The notes beneath the pieces were generated by a model that saw nothing but the letters and a program-made list of their open reading frames with translations, did not search any database and had not been told where the DNA came from. A stretch of DNA of 36,518 nt, taken from assembly GCF_001194135.2 (NCBI RefSeq), contig NC_069000.1:40969214-41005731 (forward strand). The letters are read 5' to 3'. The DNA comes from Octopus bimaculoides. Its lineage: Eukaryota. This document shows positions 1 to 10,700 of the stretch, in pieces; position 1 is the stretch's first letter; each line of letters opens with the position of its first letter. The position numbers were made by a program, and so were the translations under genes.

Positions 1-31
<31 letters not shown>

Positions 32-322
32 GTATATATATGTCAGGACACTTCAAACGGAATATTCCCAGTTCACCAAACTGCAAGTACTTTAACAAAG
101 AATAAGAAGACTGAGCGTTGGAAACTATGGTAGCGTTGGAAGCTCACGAACTAGTTCATTAGACAGCAGTACGGATTTAAGCTTCTCTTTAAAGTGCAAT
201 TAGAAGTAGATTTGAATCTTAACTATTTCAGGTCTTCAGTAAATTTGTAATAATGAAAATACACATAATTTATTGCAAAATTTATTTCTAAAATTCCTTT
301 TATTTCTCATCTTCTCTTTTAG

Positions 323-341
323 CTGAAGTATGCTGCGACAG
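323..341 (+). CDS. Gene A microexon (19 nt), xEVCCD(S)
   Basis: cttctcttttag|CTGAAGTATGCTGCGACAG|gtaagt. Same length and phase as gene B microexon 33274-33292. Confidence 0.85.
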
Positions 342-517
342 GTAAGTAGTTTATCGATTACTTTTTATTTAAAAGAATTAACCACAATTAGCAAGTTGGT
401 TATATTTTGTCCTGAGCATTTAAAATGTGCAACTTATTTATAAATCCTTTCATACCTACCTACAAACATACATAAATACATACGAACACACATTCCCCCT
501 CAAATATGCATACGCAC

Positions 518-563
<46 letters not shown>

Positions 564-3391
564 TGTGTGTGTATGTTAGTGTGCGTGTTTGTGTGTGTAT
601 ATCTGTGTAGGCATACATATACAAATATATGCACAAACAACAAATAATTCGGACATAAGTGAGAACAAGAAAGAGACAAAATGACAGAACTACCTTGACA
701 GATGGATATTTTCTTGGGTTTACTTCGATCACAGATTGTGAATCTACAATTTATCATCACAACTTTATTTTTTAATATACATGCATATCACATTATATGT
801 TGATATATTCACATAAGAAATGAAATATGGGACTCCAGCTGTGTCTTCAGTTTTGGTGGCTTCTCATTTATAAATATCCATGAAAATTCTCTAAGTAAGG
901 CATAAAGAAAATCAATCGAAGTTACCGAAGAAAATGGACATATCGTGATCTAGAATCAACGCCCGCTCTATCTATTTATCCTTTCTTGCCCTCCTAAATT
1001 ATGGTAGCCAAAAGCGTATATAAATTGTATTATTATTGATATAAACTTTTTTGTATAAAATTAGCTGATAAAATTAGCTGATAAAATTAGCTCTTAAATA
1101 TTTCAAATTGTTCATTACATTCTCCTTTTGAAATTTCAGCTGTCTCGGTATTGCTACCAATGATCCACATGATGGACGTAATTGCTCTCCGTGTATGCCT
1201 TACTTTCGACCACTTCTCACAAATAATATCAGCTGTGAGGGTGGTAAGTCAAAAGTTCTTTCTTTTCATTTACAAAATGGTTTTAGACAAAATCACAACG
1301 AAGGTTGAGCATTGAATTAAATGCATCATAGTATTTAGATTCATTTATTTCAGTTCTAAGTTGAACTCCCATCTTTACCATGTAGGTCTTTGCATTTCAT
1401 CTGAAAGAAATTGACGAAATCAACACAACCGACACATGTACATGTAATCGATTATATTTCCATCTATAATCTTTCTAAAAAGTTTATATGACTAGTTTTA
1501 AATAATAGAGGACAGTCATAAAGGGATAATTTAGCTATCCACAAAACCTCGATCCGACCATACTCTACTCCATGTACAACCATATAGGTGCTTTAGATTT
1601 CATGCCATACTAAATGGTTAAATCTTCTATGAATAAACTCATGCAGAAGTTCAGTTCTTCAAGGGATTAATAAATAACTATCAGTATTCAAATTATCCCC
1701 TTCCATTTAAATCGACGTGCATCTCTGGCCTCACTTAACATTTTAAGTGATACGATGAGAAGAATATTACAGAGTTAATACCTAACATATGTCAATCATG
1801 CTATGTTTTACACTGTCAAAATCTAACACCAGACAAAAATTCCTGACACATGTGTAACAGGAATTCACCGTTTCGTTGCTCGTGGTGGTGTCAACTGAGA
1901 AGTAAAATTCTGTTTGAATTGTTTAGAATTTACCGCTGACCAGAGATCTAATAGCGAGGGAATCTGCTGTTTTTCTGGAAATTGACCTTGAACAGATGCA
2001 AAGACATACCTGTCTATATCGTTTGTTTTGTGCTGAAAACAATCCTTTGAGTTTCAAAGCAACCAGATCTTTCTTTAGGTATTTTAATCTGACCATAAAA
2101 GTCACAATGTTTAGATATCTATAACTTTCTGCAATGTTATTACCAGTTCGAATATTCTACAAACACTTTCTGACTTGTAAACAAGCCATTCACTGTGTTT
2201 CGTCATGGAGAAAATTTCTCACTGTAGACATATGGTGTAAATCAGCTCGCAGCACCACCTGTCCAGGCTGTGAGATGAAAGCATTTCGGAGTAGTTAACT
2301 TTTTTTCAGTCATAGAAACCGTACAGTGACGCTGCGAGCTGATAAGAAAGATAATCTCTTTTATGTTTTTCCAGTCAACATCCGTCGGCTGGAAGCGCAA
2401 ATCGAGGGCTCATCGTAATTAAATTACGGGCTAAGAGTGCTAAGCTATGATAAGTAGTAATACAATGTTATTACTGAATGTGATATTAGCTTAATCGAAC
2501 TGTTAATAACATTGTATTAATATATATCACTGCTTAGCGCTCTCACTCCGTAATACTATAAATTTCTATCAGAAATCATGGACAACCTACACTATAATGC
2601 AGAAATAATTTCTTAATTATGATATCTTTTCATTGTTTCAATTTATTTTATTTTATTCATGTTTTATCTTCTGTACAGGTATCAATCATGGTATAAATGA
2701 CGTCACCCATGTAATTGATGCTTCTTTTATGTTTCATGATACGCATTTAGAAACAAACTTAATGAACGCTGACGGTGAGTAATCCTTTTTCTCAGATTAC
2801 AAAGATCTACATATCTATCGAGTTATCTGCATATCTATCTATCATTTTCAAATGTATATGAATACGTGATGTAGGTGGAGTACATATTATTGTAAGCGGC
2901 AATAAAACAATTTAGTCAACGGGGATTTCATAGCCTCATTCAAAATATTACCTTTTTATATGACCTATCCAACCTTAGATTCACAATTCCTTCGAATGAT
3001 AAATTAAGACCTGATCAACAGACAGCCATTAATTTATCGAAGTCAGCATCTAATACTTGTTCTTTTTTGTGTTTTTTTTTGGGGGGGGGCGGAGGTCATT
3101 ACGTTAATATAATATATTGCAAAGCAAATACAAAAGCGAAAATATTTTTTAAAATTTCAGGGAAGTTTAATCTGAATTCAGGATTTCTTCCACAAGCAGG
3201 AAATAAATTTAAGGGAGGTAAGATACCCTTTGGCAGATAATTTCATTGATAAGACTGTTTTAAGTTACATAAAGTTTATTTAAATATATATAAAACAGAA
3301 CGTGAATCACCTTATAAACGTTATAGAAGTCTGTAAACATGCACGTACCTGTGTGAGTGTGTGTGTGCGTGTGTGTGTATGTGTGTGTGTA

Positions 3392-3429
<38 letters not shown>

Positions 3430-6400
3430 TGTGTGTGTGTGTGTGTGTGTGTGTAAATATTAGCACTTCCAACAACATAAATATTTCCCCATGCTAACAT
3501 GGATTTAAAACTAATAACCGGAAATAAGAATAAGACTAAATTGAAAAATATTAAATATGCGAATATTAAGAATCAAAGACAAAATATGAGAAATATTAGA
3601 AACAACGTACTACTTCGTTGTTTTAATCATTCTCGTACTATCGGGAGTAGGAATAATAAGATAAAAAAACAAACACCTTATATATCCAAAAATGGTCGGA
3701 GAGGTAGAGGTTATAATACATCTTCTAACAAGAACGAAACTATTTGGTTTATTGTTCCATTCGCTAAACAAATTAAAGGTAATTTGGTCGGTAATTTATA
3801 TAAACTTTTTTCCAAACATTTTACAAAATGATATTATTAACCCTAGGCTTTTTAGAATTGGTCATTCTGTATCTAATAATTTATACCAGATTATATCCTC
3901 GATCAACGAAAGAAAATTATATTGTTTTATAATCACTGTAAAGGTAGTAAACGCCATAGGATTAATACCAATCGAATAAACGTTAGCGAGGAAAGTATAA
4001 TTTGGACATTTAACGTACGAAGGGAAAACTACTCTAGTAAAATCTCACCCCAACCTTTTGAATGTAAATAAAACTACAAACAGTAAATATCTAATCTGTA
4101 ACGATAACAAACAGTAATAATATGAGTAATAAAGAAAATACTTTCCCTGATTGCAAGCTTAAAAGTGAATGCTTATTTAAGAATTTTTGTAAGATAATTT
4201 CTGAGAGTAAAAATTACATTTATATAGGAGCCACGCAGAATTATATTAAAAAAACGCATTTCTTACCATATTTACACCTTTATTAATAGAAACAGGTCTT
4301 CTTCTACTAGCCCTAATACATTTATTTGGGATTTAAAGGATAAGAAAAAAGTTTTTTCTGTGGAGTGGGAAATTATAAGCAAGACTACTGCTAATAAACC
4401 TGGGAACTCTTTCTGCTTTCTTTGTTTAGAAGAGCTGTATTTTATATTATTTTCTAGAAGACGTCTCGTAAATGCTAAGATAGAAATGTGCATGCATCAA
4501 AATGGATATTTAGGAACTATCATTAGGTTTATAGTAATTATTGATAATTGCTTATATATTAAAGATATTCATATATTTGAATAGATCAAAATTTCTGGTA
4601 TAATGCAATTTTTCGGGCTTCATATACTAAATAAGTATAAATACTAATTAGATATTATAAATATAAGTTAAATCTAATATAAGTGGCAGTATATATCTGA
4701 TTTACTGTAAGTTTGATTAAACATACTTTTCTGAAATATTTAGTTAAAATTCCTATAGTAACCTATAGTAAAATTCCTATAGTAACCTAAACTTTAGATA
4801 CAACATATCATCTTGAAGTAGTGGTAGCTTTGGTGTAATTGGTTATCGTATAGATTTTCGATGTGTAGTATCTGGTAATATGTAAGTTCTGCTTATGTTT
4901 ATGTAATAAGTATTGACCGTATATTTACACAAATAATAATTTATTGTCAATCTTCTTTGCTTAAATTGCTAATGCTATTGCTAATGGCATACACAACATC
5001 TCTTATCAATTATCTACTTCTATCTGATTAATGGAAGTTTCTTGTGAACACAAAGACGTATAAGAAACTCAGTTGACTGTAGTGATCTATTAAGACACAT
5101 TATTATGTACAGCTCGGTTTCGATTCTTGATTGTAGGTATTCCCTAGTACTTTGCAACTTATACTCACGTGAAATGTATTAACATCCCGTTTTTTACTCG
5201 CTTTGTCCTTAAAATTGATGTGACCTTGATTAGATGCCAGAGTCTGATAAAAAGATATTGGCTTAAAAGGAAGTAAGAAACATCGTCTTTCACTTTAAGT
5301 TATGCAAGTAAAATAATGGTAATATTTTGCTTTCATTCAAAGGTTACCAGTACTAAGATAAAATTCTGCAGGATGATAATTTCTGCATTTCAGTCGTCAT
5401 TGGCCTAATAAATAATGGTAATTAATATGCTAAATGTGATCCAGTTAGTTTTATCCATACATTTCTTTTCGCTAAAAAATTTAATTTTGTGTTTAATAAA
5501 GATACCTCATCTTTTTCTGTTTTCTAGTTGGAGATACTATCAGTGAAAACCCTTTACTGATGGCAATATATCATGTGTTTCTTCGTGAATACAATAAACT
5601 TGTCGATAAAATGATCGAATTTGGTTACGAAAACGCCTCGGAAGAAGCAAAGAAATTGCTGATTGGAATATTTCAACATATTACTTACAACGAATATTTA
5701 CCAATGTTACTCGGTGTCGACACTCCTCTTAAATCTAAGACTACTGGAACCCGCACTTACGATAACCAAAAGCTACCTATGGTTTCACATTCTTTCTCAC
5801 TTGCCTATGAATTAGTCGTGGCTTCGATGTTGAGAGAATCGGTACAAGTTGCTCCAAATACAAATGAAAATTTGATTGATATAATAAAAGACGCAACAAA
5901 AGTGGATGACGATACTGAAATGACAAATATTGTCAAAGGAATGCTGGAACAGGCTAGTTTGGAAATTGGGAAGTATGTCAGTTTCCATTCTACATTTAAT
6001 CTGCAGCAGTGTAGGTAGATTTTTTCCCGCACCGGGGTCTGTAAAATAAATCCGAATATGTATGTACTAGCTCTTGGACCTGGCGTTGCTCGTGTTTTCT
6101 GTGTTGAAGTTAACTCCACCTCTGACCTTGTACTGAAATCTTCTACGTTCCCTGTGCCAACTATTACCAATTAAGATGTTATATCTGGTTTGACAGGGAT
6201 TTTAATCGGTTAACGCTTTCGACATGCTCCTAGATACTGGACCGTCTGAAATCGTAGTCAAAGTTTTGGGTGTACCTCGACTCGTTGAAAATAATGCTTG
6301 TTTATTTCTTATTTCTTTACTGCTCACAAGGGGCCACACACAGAGAGGAGAAACAAGGACAGATATATGGATTAAGTCGATTATATCGACCTCAGTGCAT

Positions 6401-7109
6401 AACTGGTACTTATTTAATCGACTCCGAAAGGATGAAAGGCAAAGTCGACCTCGGCGGAATTTGAACTAAGCATTCACCCGGCTAAGCATTTCGCCCGGCG
6501 TGCTAACGTTTCTGCTAGCTCGCCGCCTTTTTTGTTTATTTCTCTCCTCTTAATGCCACCCTCTGTACAAAATTGATCAGCGTGTCCAATCTCAGCAAAA
6601 TCCAAAGAAAAGTGTTAAGGTTATGTCATAGAATAGAATCTATGCGACCATTTATATGAAAATATCCCATTGATTTTTAAATCCTAATACATTATATGAA
6701 AGATCGATGTTTCATATGTTGAAGTGCTTAATTTTATTCATGGGTCAATTTTCTTCAAAATCAGTTTATTATTTTATTGTGAGTGAATTTTGACGATTTC
6801 TGCCTTTCACCAGTTTAATTTTAATTCTACTACATGACTCCGACCATAAACTTTACCTAAATATAAAATTTTCCATAAGCCTCGCTCACTCATCGATTTT
6901 CATCAAAATGGGACAAAATATGCAAAAGCTGCAGGGAAAATAACATCGTAATGGGAATTTCCATTAAAACGCCCGATTGAGCTCACAAAAATCGATGCCA
7001 ACTAAGCATTATCGAGTTTTCGAAAAATTCCAGTCTTATTTGAACTTCAGGGCATGTGCCAAAATTCATTAAAATCTGTTGGATGATGTGGGAGGAGTTA
7101 GAGTAACCC

Positions 7110-7183
<74 letters not shown>

Positions 7184-7741
7184 CAGACATCATTACACAT
7201 TTATGTATATAGATTTATGTATATGTGTGCATACACGTGAGTGTGTATGTCTGTCATTTATAAGTCACCGATTATCCGCATTATGCTTATAGAGTTGGTG
7301 GCTGTCTGGTAGGCTACTTAAATATTTTCTGGTATTTTGTTACGATATCCTTTTATTTTCTGATAAAATATGAAACAACAAATCACTGAACTCAATTTAA
7401 TCCTCAGCCTCTCCTCAGATTGCGTGTTAAAGTACCAATAGTAGGTATTATTATCATTATGGGGGCATAATATTTTCTCATAAATTCTTATATTTTTGGT
7501 ATTTTTATTTGCCTTATATTTTTCAGTAAAATACCCTGTGCTTTCCGAAACAATTGTAACTTTTCCGATGTAGTGGCAACTGTAACCCAAGATACACGTT
7601 TTTACGGAATACCTCCATACATCGTTTGGCTGGCAATCATAAACCCGCTTACAAATATGTCGTTTAAAGCATTCCCACACCATGATACTAACGGAAGACA
7701 ACTCTTAGAAACAATGTACATGTGAGTGAAAATCATATTAT

Positions 7742-7782
<41 letters not shown>

Positions 7783-10700
7783 CTCTAGGTTATTTAAAAT
7801 ATGTTTGTAACTTCTAAAGGCAAATGCACTTAACGTAGAGACAAAATTATTTCTTATGGTACAAAGCGTAAAAATGCCATATCTGCCTAGTATTTCATCC
7901 TAGCGGACTTCTGGCTCTTTTGCCTTCAGTAAAATATCAAAGAGCGATATCTCTGGGCAGATTCGACGAGTTTTTGATATGCGATCCTAACTGTGCATAG
8001 GATATGCTTTTGCTAGAAGAGACTTACGCTTATATCGAGTTCCAGCATTTTGATCGACTGCAAGAGCTCTAGCTGAGAACCACTCATGTCTAGTGGGGAT
8101 GTAGTAAAATGGTGTGATTTTATTTTATATGAATAGTATGCAACAACATTGTTTTCACCGAGCATCTTTAAACCAAGAGTCCACAAGAGTACACAAAGTG
8201 TTTGTGCCAATCTTATCTACGTTCTCTTAAAGTATGTTCATCTCTTTCTTTCCACGATGTAACTACAACAACCAAGATTTCGTGGTCCCTTAGTGCGATA
8301 TGTTTCCCTAACGCATTAGTTTATCGATCTAAGGTATTTCATGTAATCAAATAATATAAAAAGTCTTATTTATGGTTCACTTAATATCTACTTAAAAAGG
8401 ATTCTAAAAATATATGTATACTTTCATACAGTTAGAAGGTGTTGCACCACATCATTCTTCAAATATATTTGGAATATAAACTGTGATGATATATTAACAA
8501 TTCTAAAATTGCTGAAACCAAGAAGAGGTGAGCTTTGTCTTACGAAGAATTACGACATCCTATTATAGTCTTTTTCAAATATCTGATCTGTTGGATTCTC
8601 GCAGATAATTCAGTCGCTATTTACTGAAGAAGTTTTCAATACCAAATCGCTAAAATTGTTTATTCCTCACATAATAGTTTTGCCAAAATCTTGCAAAATG
8701 TTCATGCACAGTAAAAAGCAAACAAATAAACAAACAATACATCCAGTGTTTCACCAAAATTAAATCTGCATTAATAATAGCCACCTTCCTTAATTTTATA
8801 TATTTTACACACATAAACTAGAAAACATGACATAACAGTCTGTTTTTACATGTGAATACAGGAGTAAATAAGTTATGTCAGTGTATTGAAACTAGATATT
8901 CAATTCTTTGTTTATATCCAATCAAATTTCAATTACTAATAACTTCAATATTTTCTCTCTTTTTTTCTCTCTCTACTTTCTTTCTCCCTCTCCCCCTTTT
9001 TTGTCTCTCTCGCACTTTTTGTATATTGGATTTACATTTCCTTTCCGTTTCACGATAATTTTCTCCCTGGTATTTCCCCCTCATACACATAACTCATTCT
9101 TTGTTTTGGTCATAAAACACCTCCTCCTCTTTTCCATCATCTCTTTATTTCATTTTCCCTCCTTTTTCTCACTCTTCTCGCTTTGCTTTTACACTTCCAT
9201 CCGCTTTAAAATTCGTTGGAATTTCATAGTAATCGAGGTTAGGTATTGTATCAGGAATTCATAATTCCTTTCTTTTTAGTTCATTTCTCCACTTGCTCTT
9301 CCTTCACTTGCTCCTTCCGTTACTTCATCACAAACATTTTCCCCAGGTAAGATGTATTTTTTTTTATCGTAGTCAAACGACAAATTGGCAGTGTTCAAAT
9401 ATGTTACTATTTGTTAATAACATTATTGAATAAATGTTAACTCTTGATGTATTAACGATAGTGACTTCCTAAAAAACCAACCAACTCTTTGTGTATTTGT
9501 GTGTATGTGTGTTTCTAAGACATACATGCATGCATACATAATTCTCATTTATATACTTATTTATGTATTGCAGAAGTGTCTTCGACGTTGATTTTTTAAG
9601 TGGAATGTTTACTGAGAAAAAAGATCCTAACCTGAAACTCAGCCAAACATTAATGAGACAGTTCGAAGATCAATTTTCTACATTGAAAGAGGGTGACAGA
9701 TTTTATTATGAGAACGTCAATGAATTCCAGTCCAGTAAGCTACCAATTATTCATTATTATTGTTTGACTTTATTTAATTAACTAAAGTTACCTCAATACG
9801 ACATTGATCCAATTCATCGAAAATCATTCAACTACCCGCTCCATAAAAGTTGTTTTCCCGTCAATGAATTTGCCAACTGATACAATGCAGTGTGCGCCTT
9901 GTAACATTCTAAATGCCAGACACCCAACAGTGGCCTACGTTGAAGCATGAGTGCAAGCTCGGTCAAGATGAACTGTGGAAAGACGTGTCGCACGAAGAAT
10001 GCCCAAACTAGTTCACTCTTGCTTTCGTCATTGTCGTTGACATCATTGGAGTGTTTTAGATATTTCTGCGGATATCGAGGCGATGTATGCATTTACTACT
10101 TCTGCTCAGGTAGTCATTCATTCGAATATTATTCTTTCATTTTGTATGCAATATTTGTATTGTTTAATAATGTGAAATACTCCGTAGTTTTATTTTTTTT
10201 TCTTTGTAGTTCATTGTTCTATTATTTTTGCTAACCTTTATTTTACCCCCTTTCAGACCAGCTTGCAGAGATCAGAAAAGTGACGATGGCTCAGCTATTG
10301 TGTCGCAACGTAGTCAATCTAGATCAAGTAAAACAGTTTGCTTTTAATAAAACTTCGTGAGTATTTACTTCATCATGATAAACATTAATGTTTCTTTTGT
10401 TCTTTTTCTCTTACTCGCCACACTTTTATACTCTAAGATATTTTTGTACTAACGTCAGTTGTAATCCAATTTAGGTGTATCCTTTTTGTATCGGAAATTA
10501 CGTAATATTCAATTACTACAGTGCAATGAATTCAAGTGAAAAAAAGAATATATTGATGAAGGTCAGGATAAATCTTAATGTAGATGCATTTTCATGTACT
10601 TGTGTAATATATATATATTTTAATTACACATATACAAACAGAACAACACATTGATTTATGTTGTAGCAAATCTCTATTGAACAGATCTGTTAGTAAATTG

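Noticed and set aside
460-760. HT/YI/CV-rich ORFs here and at 3260, 6983, 14251 and 15167
   Set aside because: They are translations of (CA)n and (TA)n microsatellites.
5805-6170. 121-aa antisense ORF overlapping the large gene A exon
   Set aside because: It has no recognisable motif, no counterpart in gene B, and is partly a shadow of the coding exon.
8450-8535. Extra gene A exon ending at AG|gtgagc (about 8527)
   Set aside because: The nearest acceptor gives an immediate in-frame stop with the upstream phase, and gene B has no counterpart.
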